This document shows, piece after piece, positions 25,172-37,393 of a DNA stretch of 64,000 nucleotides. Both the position numbers and the translations under genes were made by a program. Under the pieces are notes generated by a model. The model was not told the DNA's origin and searched no databases. It saw only the letters and a program-made list of their open reading frames with translations. The first letter of the stretch is position 1; each line of letters starts with the position of its first letter. Source of the DNA: Eledone cirrhosa (lineage: Eukaryota); contig OZ024742.1 in assembly GCA_964016885.1 (NCBI GenBank), forward strand, positions 290,966,001-291,030,000, given 5' to 3'.

Positions 25172-25505
25172 TAGTGAGGAAGCCCTGAGTGCCTTTTCGA
25201 TTTCCATGTGTCTAACACACGTGGACATGCCCACAAAGTAAGAAAACAGCACAGTTCCCATGACTTTCGGAAACATTTTTTCACGCTCAGAGTTGCTGAA
25301 GCATGGAACAAACTACCTGCATCAGTTGTTAGCTGTCGAGACACTGCATCCTTTAAGGCCTCCATGCTTCCCGAGATCCGCCAACACTACAGCTAACACA
25401 CACACACATGTACTTCCCTGACATTTGTGTATTATTCTATGTACTATATTGACGAGTTGTAGTGCACCTGAGCACTTTACACAATAATTTCATTATTATT
25501 ATTAT
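25172..25505 (+). mobile_element. CR1 LINE 3' fragment
   Basis: TRGHAHKVRKQ...RKHFFTLRVAEAWNKLP, followed by the 3' UTR and (ATT)n tail. Confidence 0.88.
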
Positions 25506-26988
25506 TTTTAAGACATAAAAGATGATGGTCGTGATATATATAATGTGTGGGTATGCTGTTTATGTTCATGTTAAATGATAATAATGTATCATCATCACAG
25601 TTTAATTTCTTTTTATGCCTGCATGGGTTAGATGGGCTGTTACATTATAAGGCTTGACAGGACCATGACTTGCTCATACGGTCTGTTTTTGGTGTGGTTT
25701 TCTATGGTTTAATATCATTTCTAATGTTAATAGCTGCCTTGACTGGGCATTTTAGTTGTGGAACCAGTATGACCACCTTGCAAAGTGGACTAGGTGCTTT
25801 TGTTGTGTTACCAGTACATACCTTACAGGATGGACTGTGCTATTTGTCGTGTTATCATGGATTAAAACCCAGCTGCTGTTAGTACTCATTAATTTTCACA
25901 TAATGAAATGGAGTGACTTGCTCAAGGTCACACTGAGCTGCTTGGTCCTGAAAATGAACCCACAAATATAATCTTGAGTCCAACAATATAACCACTAGGC
26001 CAACATGCCTTAACAAGACAAATCTTGCATCAAATCAACACCAACAATATCAAATCCTCATTACACAGCCTCCAACAGATGACTTGGTCACGTGTCTGAC
26101 ACATCTTTCCTGTGGGATCCTCTCTGGTCATCTATACCATGGCCAACATCTGGCTAGAGGGTCAAAGAATTGGTTTAATCCTTTTATGACCATATTTTTA
26201 GTGAAAGACACTCTATGGTTTTCAAATCCTTTTAAAAATAAGAATTTAGAAGGATTTAGTAATATATCTAACTTTCTCATCATTAATTTTATGTTTGGAA
26301 CATACAATTATGATGGAAGGTTTTTAGATAATTATAAACACTTGTAACATATTTCTAAAAAAAACACTGCCTGTAATTTAAATAATGAAGAATTTGGAAA
26401 GATTTAGTAAAATAACTTCCTCATTATTAAGCTGGTATTTGAATCATAACCTAACAAAGGTTTTACATGAAATTATATAAGAGAGGGTTTTTAGATTAAT
26501 ATCAACATTTTAAAGTAAGCAGTTTTACATCACAGAATCAAAGGTAGTTTGGTATCGGGGGGGTTAAACACCAAATTAAGACTACAGAAGTAGAAGCAAT
26601 ATGAGGTTACTTAGATAACCTATGTCTAGATATCTATTGAAAACATGAATGGGAAACACTACAAGAAATGACAAAAGAAGCATGTACTCCAACAAAATAT
26701 TTGTCTTATATTTTTTATCAATCAGCTCACGGATATGTAGGTTTAGCTGGCATCCTATAAAGTTGCATTTCATAGGAAATTTCTCAGCTGTTTTAATGAT
26801 AGGGGCCCCAATTCTAGTATGTCACTATTTTCCCTGCAATAGGGGGCAGGATTCAAACAAAAAAGGAGTCAATAAAATAAGTACCAAATTTGAAACAAAA
26901 AGTACTGGGTTCCATATCAGACTAAATCAAGGAGCTGCCCTAGTATGGCTACAGTCTAATGAAAACCAATAAGTATACACCACCAGTA

Positions 26989-27022
<34 letters not shown>

Positions 27023-27294
27023 CACACGTGATGTTCATGGATGTGAGAATGAGTATTCAATACAGTAGTTTAATATTTATTATACCTTCCTCATATCCTC
27101 TCTATTACTGTTGACACCTCCTAAAAGCGACCCTCCTCACACACCCATTCCATTCAAAAACACCTACCCTGAGTCTTCCCCTATTAATACTGTCTCTCTG
27201 TCACTGAACATTTAGTCTTGTCGGTGGTCCTGTGAGTATGCAGGTGAAACTCCAGAGTAACAAGACTCATCACTAGACATAAAGAATACTATAT

Positions 27295-27654
27295 ATCTAT
27301 ACATAATATAAAAAAAGAGATGTTGGTTGGTTCCTTCGCACATCCCACAAAAACGAAAAGTGACAATCGAGAAGTAAGTACAGCAATAGAATAAGGGTAT
27401 ATCCAGAAAGGTTTATTGATACTAATTTTATAACATCAAAGAAGAAAAACATCTTGGGAATGCTAACCAACCTGACTGCTATTTCTAGCAGGTTGGGAAT
27501 CAACCATAAGGGATTCTCTCTGCACGTTCGTTGCCAGCGTCTCCGATTCAAACTCTGGTTTATGCACACATTTATACTGTAAACCAGACAACATATCCAA
27601 TACAGACGTTTTCTCTTATCTGTTTACCCAGGCGAAGCTGGGTACCTCAGCTAG
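27295..27654 (+). mobile_element. Non-autonomous Helitron
   Basis: 5' end TCTATACATAATATAAAA. 3' hairpin CCCAGGCGAAGCTGGG followed by CTAG. Confidence 0.6.
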
Positions 27655-27902
27655 TATATGAATAAAAGAAAGTTGTCTGTGTGTCCACATAGTACTCAGA
27701 CATTAGAAAACAAACAGCCAGTATATGTATAAAAGAAAGTTGTCTGTGTGTGTCCACATAGTACTCAGAAAACAAACACCCACTAATGGTAAAACTTAGC
27801 TTTACAAAGCAAGTAATTCATGAAAATTCAGTTGTTTATATTTCTCTGTTGAAAAATCTGGCCATTTAGTAAAGAAAGAGAAGGGAATAATTTATAAGAG
27901 TT

Positions 27903-28280
27903 AATAATTGTTTCTACTTTTGGCACAAGGTCAGCAATTACCCCAGTGCATTACTGGTACTTCATTTTATCGACCCTGTAATGATGAAAGGCAAAATTAA
28001 CCTTGGTGGGATTTGAACTCAGAACGTAAAAGGCCATAACTCTATGTTGCAAAGCATGGTGTCCGATGTTTTACCGATACTGCCAATCCTCCACCATTAA
28101 GTTAATAATTGTTTCTACTTTAGGCACAAGGCCAGCAATTACCCAGTGCATTACTGGTACTTTTATTTTATCGACCCCGTAAGGATGAAAGCAAAGTCAA
28201 CCTCGGCGGGATTTGAACTCAGATCGTAAAGGGACGTAACTATGCTGGAAAGCATGGCGTCCGACCCTCTACCAATCCAC
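27903..28280 (-). mobile_element. Two tandem Meta-like SINE copies
   Basis: Two consecutive reverse-oriented copies of the SINE at 10461. Confidence 0.85.
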
Positions 28281-28399
28281 GATAGTAGTATATAAATGGA
28301 TATAATCTTTACAGTTAATGTGGTGTGCTAAATAAATATATACATATACACTAGGTCCAAACAATCATTGTCACTGCCTCCATCTTTCCTGCTCTCCCC

Positions 28400-28640
28400 A
28401 ACTCAATATTATAAGCAAATGGGGATGTTGGCGGACAGATTAGAGAAGGCGTTTACCTGGAGGATGGTGAGGGAGAAGCGTTGGATAAGCCATTCCAGCT
28501 TGTGAAGCTTACACCTGCAGGACACCAACTCTGTGCCGATGGTGGTGAGTAGGGAGGAAGTCCTAGGGCCAAAGAGACCAGAAGTTTCCATAAAACTGAA
28601 AGGAGAATAGAGATGTTGAATGACTGAACATACTTTTAAA
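28400..28640 (-). mobile_element. CRE-like non-LTR retrotransposon, C-terminal (restriction-like endonuclease) fragment
   Basis: METSGLFGPRTSSLLTTIG...WLIQRFSLTILQVNA resembles the VET.G.WG...QRLS.AIQRGNA end of CRE-clade ORFs. Confidence 0.6.
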
Positions 28641-29229
28641 GTGTGAGTGGGAGAAAGTAAAGGTTGAAATAAGTAATTTTCTATTGGTTGTTGAAGAGAG
28701 AGTAAAAGACTGGAAAACTAGAAAATAACTTTTTTAACTTTGTATATACTCTTCCATTCCCTCTTTACAGTACCTTCATTTGTTCTGCATTTCTCTGTTT
28801 TATCTTATATATCATCTCTCTCTACACACACATACATACCAGGTCCTTTGTCTTGTTTCAACTCAACAGCTACAGGCTGGAAGAGTGTCCACACCTGATG
28901 GCTCCAAGAAAGATCTCCATAGCTTGATGTCACCTTGAAGGATGCAGAGCGGCTGGTACGGGACCGCCAACGATGGCGGGTACTGGTGGACCTCGTCGGT
29001 GCTTCGCACGCGATCACACGACTAGTAATGACCAGGAAAACGAAATCCTTGACAAGGGATGTAACTCTGCTCCGACCAGGTATATTTAAAAAATTGTGTG
29101 CAATGCGTTCAACTTGGGCCTAAATTTTTCTATAAAAACACTTTTTTGCCAATGCGTTTTTCCTCTGATGTTGACTGGCAGCATGTTATCCTGTTCCTTA
29201 AGTGATGACGTCACTCGATAGAGTGCGTA

Positions 29230-29670
29230 CCTCGGAGATCAGAATCACTCTAGATAGAGCCGCTACTTCTCCAAATTGAGAGAAGACTGCGTTGGTTTGG
29301 ACATGTGATGCACATGAACAATAGCCGTTGGGTCAGGAAATGTCGGTGAAAAGAAGCTACGGTAGAGATAGACCAAGAAAGACCTGGCAGAACTGACCTC
29401 AGATCACTGAGATTCACAGATGAGATGATAAAGGATAGCGACGTGTGGAGGAATGCCGTGCTGAGAAAGACCCATACAAAACTTCCATGCTTTCCGAAAT
29501 TCGCCAACACTACACCTTATACACCTCCACCATATACACATACGTATACATCTGTGTGTATGACTCATACACTGCTCACTTTCCTGACATTTGTACATTA
29601 TTCCATGTATTATACATGCACCTTTGATGAGTTGTAGTGCACCGAAGCACTGTACACAATAATTTTCATA
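29230..29670 (+). mobile_element. Chimeric RTE 3' end fused to a CR1 3' end
   Basis: RTE end (RRLRWFGHV...DVWRNAVL) switches at CCATGC (~29485) into CR1 terminal coding sequence and 3' UTR. Confidence 0.65.
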
Positions 29671-29671
29671 A

Positions 29672-29845
29672 GAGAGTCGGACGCCATGCTTTGCAGCAAA
29701 GAGTTATGGCCCTTTATGGTCTAAGTTCAAATCCCGCCGAGGTTAACTTTGCCTTTCATCTTTACGGGGTCGATAAAATAAAGTACCAGTAATACACTCG
29801 TATAATTGCTGGCCTTGTGCCAAAAGTAGAAATAATAATTATTAA
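29672..29845 (+). mobile_element. Meta-like SINE
   Basis: Family consensus match. Abuts the CR1 tail. Confidence 0.82.
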
Positions 29846-30360
29846 TTATTATTAAAAAAAAAAAAAAAAATCACTACATCCCTTAGGGATCGCAGTAAGT
29901 ACTTCACAAAATCTATAAACAACAATATACACACATATTTATATACAGATACATACCTCATGTATATACACACAAGTGAAAAGAAACCACACTATTTCGT
30001 GTGAGACACTATACCGGCCAATCTTACGTACATTTGTAAAATATTTCTGAACATTGACTTCGCTTCTAACCCACATACACCTTTTAATTATATATTCGTG
30101 TGCAGATCTTCTTGCATACACACACACATAATACATAGGGAAACAGAAATACAAAAACAAAACATAAACAAACATTTATCTCGTTAACTTACGTAGCATA
30201 TTTATTTGTTTACATACGCAGACTCTTTTGTACACACACAGACACACACGTTTAGGAAAACGGAAACAAAATACACAAAAAAAACAAAAAAAAACATTTT
30301 ATTTCTATCGTAATCAAGGGCGTTAAACCTATATTGTTTACATTCTGTGTTTTTCTACGG

Positions 30361-33300
30361 ATGGGCAGAAATAACAAAACATCAGTGGATGAAGTATGCG
30401 ACAAAACTGGTCGATGTTCCAAAATAGAACATTGCCCAGAAAATCACATCTGCCATATCTGTACGGAACCCGAAAACTAGTTCCGTAATCGTTGGGTCGA
30501 ATGTGGAACCTGTCACATCTCTGTCTGCCTTCAATGCGCCACAGGCTTCCGGAAGATCCCAGGCCAAAACAAGAAACATCATATTGCTATGACGGATAGA
30601 CTCTAGCAGATGGTCCAGCTAACAAATTGGTCCTTTCAGTGCCTGGACTGTATGCCTCCCTCTACTATTGCTGCGGAACAACAACAAAAACTGAAGATCG
30701 TGTCTTCCTCTACCATTGTTCCTGAACAACAGCAAAAACCAACGACCATAGCTTCTGCTACTACCCCCGTTGAAGGACTTCATCAACAACAGCAACCCAT
30801 GTCTTCCTCCCCCGTTACTTTTCAACAACAACAACCAACGACTGTGTCTTCTCCTACCATGCCTGTTGAAGGAGAAGAACAACAACAAAAATCGGCCGTC
30901 AATACGGAGTTTGAGGAAATACGGCAAATGATTTCCGCTTTAAGCCAAGAAATAGCGGGAATAAAATCAAGCGTTCGTGTAGAACCCCACAATGATGGAT
31001 CTTACCAGAGTGCCTTGTTAAAAAATCTCCGCGTACCTCATGTTGAACCTAGACGCATTGAAAATGCCACAGAATCTGCAAATCACGAAGTGATTGCCAT
31101 TAGTGTACCAGAAGACATAGTTGATCTTCAGGCATTTGCTGCCAGTTCATCCAAAGACTTGGGCTGTGCTCCCGCAAAGGGTGCTCTACACCTTGGCCGA
31201 CCAGGCCCGAAACCCAGGCTAATTAGACTGTCGTTTTCGAACTCAACTGAGGCACGTTCATACCTTGTAGCCTCTGATAAAGCTAGGCGTGAAAGTCGGA
31301 TTGCTTTCCGAACACGCCCTGGTCTTCCATCTGATGTCCGCCCAAAGTTGCGTGCTGCAGCTTCCTTAAACCGCAGCTCGACAGAACATGTAAGCTTCAG
31401 CCTATGAGATGATGGGCAGATATGGAAGTTTGTTAAGGCTGGTGAAACATGGAAAAGAGATACCAGCTGGTCTGAAAACACTATACCCACAACAACTGAC
31501 AATAAAGAAACTGAAAAAACTCTGGGAAACTAAATCAGAACAACCTGCCATCCCCTGCACATAATCATATACTGAAATCAAAGTACAAATTGTTGTCCTT
31601 GAATGCACGTAGTCTATGCAATAAGATTCATCTTTTTGACTCCTACGTCAAAAGTATCAACCCTGACTTCATTACAGTCACGGAAACTTGGGCACATTAC
31701 TTACACATCCCTTACTCTGTGATGGGGTTTTCAGCATAACTGGCTACAACCTGTTTCGTAAAGACCACATTAATCGTGGTGGTGGTGGTTTAATGGTCTA
31801 CGTTGAGTCAAATTTGTCGGCAATTCCTTGTGCTGATTTGAACCAATCACAGCAGGAAGTTTTTTTCTGCGATATATGTATGACCATGTCAACACTGCTA
31901 CTTGGAGTCGTTTACCCCCCCCCCCCCCCCCCAAATTACCATCAGGACACTCAGCTTTGTGATATCCTCAGAGCTGCTGCCAGGAAAACAGCCACTTATG
32001 TTTTCATTGCAGGAGACTTCAATCGCCCTGAGATTGACTGGGAAACCATTCGTTGGGCGCCAAGTGCAAATGACTTCTTTGAGCTAGTGCTGCACTCGAA
32101 TTGGTCCCAAGTGGTCACCTCCCCAACAAGAGGTGACAACACTTTGGACCTACTCTTCACCACTACTGAAACGGTCATTAGTGTTACTGCTGAGGAACAT
32201 TTAGGTGACTCTGATCATGCTATGATCATTGCCAATCTATCCCTCATGGGCAGTAACAAGAACCACAACCATCTCCAAACTGCTCACTTTGACTGGAATA
32301 AAGCAGACTGGAACTGTTACTGCACCGAGTTGCAACGGCCAAACTGGCTTGAGTTCTATGACTCTGGAGATGTCAACACTGTACTCCAGAACATCCTGAG
32401 CTCAATATGGACAGCATGTGCAACATCGGTGCCACGTAAGCGGAAAAAACATCCCAAAAGTGCAATTTGGGAAACTGCAGCAGTCCGTCTTGCCAGAAAA
32501 GAACGTCGCAATACTGAACGAGAGTACAACTTCACAAATCAGACATTAATAGGAAGAGGTGAACTAGATCGTCCATGCACCTCAAACAGGTGACAAAAAA
32601 GGCAGTGCTTCAATTTGAGCAGCGCATAGCAACCAGCCCTGACAGTAAGGTGTTCTGGATGTATGTTCACTCGAAGCAGAGGCCTCACTCTCCAGTTGAT
32701 CCCCTTCACAATCCCCACACAAGCCAGGTTACTGACGACCCCAAGAAATGAGCAGAGCTCATTGCTGAATGCTATGCAGGCATTTTCACTATTGAAGACC
32801 AGAGTGTACCATCTCCACCGCCTATGACACCGGACTCTATTACAACCATGGAATTTACACCTGCAATGCTGCGACGTCACCTAAAAAATAAACGCAACCA
32901 TGCCTCTCCTGGTCTTGATGGTGTTACGTACCTGCTTCTTAAATGTGGTGGGTACCTCCTTCTGCACCAGTTATCACGCTTCTTCCAATTCTGTCTGAAC
33001 AACGGTGCTACTCCAGAACAGTGGAAAACTGACAGTGTCATTCCTCTGTTCAAAAAGGGTGACCGCACATCACCTGTGAACTATCGTCCAGTCAGTCTTA
33101 CTAGTTGCATTGCCAAACTGATGGAATCCTGTGTCAGAGAAACACTTTGGAACTTCTGGAACTCTCACAGTCCTATCCGGCCCTCGCAATTTGGATTTAT
33201 CCCCAACTCCAGCTGCTGTGATCAACTTATCGAGTTTCTTGAATACATCACCCAGATCACTGATGGTGGCTCATGGGTGGATGTTGTTTACCTTGACTTT

Positions 33301-34446
33301 GCGAAAGCTTTCAATTCTGTCCCACACAAAAGGCTTATGGCAAAACTCTCTGCAATGGGTGTGAAGGATGATCTTTTTAACTGGTTGAAGTCCTTCATTC
33401 TCAGTCGAAGAGAGGTAGTCACGGTTCTGGGACAGCATTCCTCACCATATGAGATGTCATCTGGTGTACCACAGGGATCTGTTTGTGGCATATATTAATG
33501 ACATAGATGCCAACTTAAAGAATTCCACAGTACTAAAGTATACAGATGACATCAAGATGTACCTTGAGATAAAAAGGACAGATCCTGAACACTATAGATC
33601 TTGCTTGCAGTCTGACCTGGACACAATGCAACAATGGATCTCAGACTGGCAACTCAAGCTAGCTGTGGACAAGTGCACCACCATGCATTTTGGGAGTAAA
33701 AACCCAGCGTCCACATACTTCCTCCACAGCACTAATATCAAGAAGTCTTCTTGTGAACGTGACCTGGGCATTACGGTCAGCAGCGATTTGTCAAGAGGGC
33801 CGAGGATGTCTTAGCATCACTCAACAAGACCTTTGTCAGCTGCTCTCCAGCTATCTATTTAAGGCTGTACATGGCTCTGGTGCGGCCACACTTAGAATTT
33901 GCATCACCAGTCTGGAACCCCTATCTTGCTCAGAACATTGACCGCCTGGAAACTGTTCAGAGACGTGCAACCAAGCGAATACCCTCCATCAGGCATCTAC
34001 CATACTTTGAGCGCCTTGCTTCCCTGGGCATGGATACATTGAAGCTCCGACGCCTGGCAACTGACTTGGTAAACACCCACAAAATTGTTAACCATCTGTC
34101 TAACACACGTGGACATGCCCACACAGTCAGAAAACAGTACAGTTCCCATGACTTTCGGAAACATTTTTTCAAGCTCAGAGTTGCTGAAGCATGGAACAAA
34201 CTACCTGCATCGGTTGTTAGCTGTCGAGACACTGCATCCTTTAAGGCCTCCATGCTTCCCGAGATTCGCCAACACAACACTTAATGTTCCCCCTCCATAC
34301 ACATATGTATATCATGACTCATACACTATTCACTTCCCTGACATTTGTGTATTATTCTATGTACTACACATGCACCTTTGACGAGTTGTAGTGCACCTGA
34401 GCACTTTACACAATAATTTCATTATATATTATTATTATTATTATTA
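30361..34446 (+). mobile_element. Near full-length CR1/L2-group LINE (ORF1 ~30361-31560; ORF2 APE+RT ~31590-34284), frameshifted
   Basis: ORF2 has APE motifs (TETW, YNLFRKD...GGG, AGDFNRP, TLDLLF, SDH) and RT motifs (SPGLDG, NYRPVSLTS, YLDFAKAF, SGVPQGSV, YTDD). ORF1 has a Cys-rich N-terminus, a coiled coil and an RLIRL motif. Ends in an (ATT)n tail. The 5' UTR may extend to ~29870. Confidence 0.93.
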
Positions 34447-34449
34447 AGC

Positions 34450-34700
34450 ACGATAAAATAAAGTACCAGAAATGCACTGGGTAATTGCTGGCCTTGTGCC
34501 TAAAGTAGAAACAATTATTAAGCAGTATCGGAAGAGAGTCGGACGCCATGCTTTGTAGCATACAGTTACGGCCCCTTTACGATTTGAGTTCAAGTAACTT
34601 TGCCTTTACTCCTTACAGGGTCGATAAAATAAAGTACTAGTAATGTGCTGAGATAATTGCTGGCCTTGTGCCAAAAATAGAAACTATTATTATTATTAAG
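34450..34700 (+). mobile_element. Partial plus near-complete Meta-like SINE copies
   Basis: Family consensus match directly after the CR1 tail. Confidence 0.8.
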
Positions 34701-35599
34701 CGTGGTAAAAATGAAGTGAATGACCCTAGTTTGGCGTAGGTTATGTCCACTCGTTGGTCTATTTATATGTTTGAATGATCGTGATTCACTAGGGAATTTT
34801 CTGGTCCGTCTTTTGACAAAATTTCTGTCTGATTTTAGTCTATAATGTTGCTTTTTCATTGATAAGTTGAATGTTAGCGTTGTGTTATGTGAGTGGTATC
34901 AGCGTAGTTTTGTTCATTTTTGTTTTCTTTAAAAACTGGTTTTCTGAGCTGTACAAAAACTATTCTTTTTGATGTGAATTTTTTTCTTACGTCTAACGAA
35001 ACATGTATATATAATAAATAAAAGCACTTTAGGTGCTTTTTTAAAATTTCTATTATTTTTCATTTATATCATCATCGTTTAACAACTATTTTACACACTA
35101 GCATAGGTTAGACGGGTTGTCCCGTTTGTGGCAAGTCGGGTCAGATGACTGTGTTTTGCTCATACAGGGCTGGATGCTCTTCCTAATAATAGTGAGAGCA
35201 GGAGAGACAGTGACAGTGGGAATTTGGTTCCATTGTGTTCGGGCCTGGTGTATATGTATATAATTATTTACTACACCACATTTAATTCGCGGTTGCATAA
35301 GTGGCATTGCAAGTTGTAAAAACAGCATCTAGGCATGTTATTGGTTATCTCCCATTCTAAAGCAATTTATTAATTACCTCCCTTGAATAATGGGCGCGCA
35401 TGCGTATGAAATTGCCTTTTTTTAAAATTCTTTCTCTAGTTTCAGTCATTTGATTACGGTCATCTTGGGGCATTACTTTAAAGGGATGTTAGTCGATCAT
35501 ATCGATCTCAGTATTTAATTTTTTCAAGTTTGGTACTTATAGTTTAACGGTTATGTTGACGAAATTACAAAATAGAAAGCTCATTTTATTTATAAAAAA

Positions 35600-36320
35600 T
35601 ACTTTGAATCCTGGGTCAAACAAAGACCGAGTCTGGGCAACTGGTATCTGGAATGGTGTCATGTGACACCATTCCAGATACTAGTCGGCAATGCGATCGG
35701 CGGAAATTCTACACAAGAACTTATAGAGGTTGAGTAGGAATAATGATGAAAGCTTTGGGCTTTGAAAGAAGGGAATTTGCTAGTCCATTTTAGAGGACCT
35801 TCGAACTAGACTTCCATGGGTAACGTCCAGAAGTTTCTGGCCTGGCTGGGCTACCGAAGAACACTACCAGTTTGCAATAAACTCTACAGGCATGATGGTG
35901 CCATGAGACAGGCCTGTTCGAAATGTATGCAGGACAACAAAACTGTTTTGTATGCACTTGTTAAGTGTTTGGTCATCACTGATGGGGTTATGTCAAAGAC
36001 TGTTGTCACATGTAAGGCAGAAGTTTCCCTTTGGTGTTAATAGCAAAAGAGGTTGTATGATAGACAAAACTGAGAGGACTAAGGATGAACAGATTCTGTT
36101 TAGGTTAAGCACTCATTGATTTTTATAAATTTCATTTGAAAAGAAAGATGATGGTGGAGAGGGAGGTGCTTTCCTCCAGTAAATTTGATAAATGATGGAT
36201 GACTGGAGTAACAATAGCAAGAGTGAATGGTTCTTTTTTCACATGAGTCTAGGTTAAAGAAAGAAAATCGGAAGTGCGAACCTACCTGTGGTAACATGGG
36301 TGAATGTCGTTTTGTGTGGT
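35600..36320 (+). mobile_element. Tx1/L1-like LINE ORF2 C-terminal (zf-RVT zinc finger) fragment
   Basis: AWLGYRRTLPVCNKLYRH...CSKC...KTVLYALVKC matches a decayed LPV..KL...C..C....ETV.HA...C motif. Confidence 0.6.
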
Positions 36321-37393
36321 TCCTCAATTTGGTGTTTTTTCTGTATCAAGAGGATGTAACACACACATATTTATATATGTGTATATATATATATACATAT
36401 ATATGTGTGTGTGTATATATTTACATATACATATATGTGTGTGTGTGTGTGTATTGTATATATGAAATTCCTTTTTTTTTAAGTAAAACTCCCTCACTCT
36501 ATGTAATTTGTTTCTGTAATGTCTCTTCATTCAGCAATCGATAATATTTTCTAGGTTGTCTCCATTTATTTTTATAGAAACCAGGATTAGTCGTTTAGTT
36601 TACGTATTGTGACCCCAACCCATTCTATTTATTTTATAACATATGGGATTTCTAGTAATGTACTTTTTTGTCATGTATAATGTTTTTTAATGTCTAAAGA
36701 AAATTAATTGTTGCAGGAATGCTACCAGAGATAGATTAGAAAAATTTAACAAGTGGGGTGGGGTGGAAGATTATTCGAGACCCAAAAGTATGTAGTAGAC
36801 TAGACACAAACTAGGAAATTTCTACCTATAAATATAGTAGGCCAGTGTATCTCTGGCGGTGCAGCTGCACCCCACGACAAAATTTTGTTGGAAAATTCTT
36901 AAATTTTCAAGAACATATTGTATACTTTCCTTGTTTATTTTAATTTACACTAAACATAATAAAATATATACAATACAATAATGAATAAAGATGTCTTAAT
37001 AATTGTTTCTACTTTAGGCACAAGGCCAGCAATTACCCAGTGCATTACTGGTACTTTATTTTATCGACCCCGTAAGGATGATGATTGGCGTGCTTAAAAA
37101 TGATCCATGACCTTTTATATTATATACCTGTCATTTTATATAGCACATTTCTTGTTTTATACAAATAACACATAAAAATAATGACGTATTCGTATACTAC
37201 CCTATTATCATTTTCGTTATTTTGAAATTGGATTTTTAAAAAAGGTTGTAAATTTGAAGTTTCAAAATAAGTTTGTATTCTTTTCATATTATCAGTATCA
37301 TATATCATGTAATCTCTCTCTCCCTCTCTCTTGTCAATTTCTTTTTCTTTTTCTACGACTGTCAATATATTTATGTATATGTGTTTATATATG

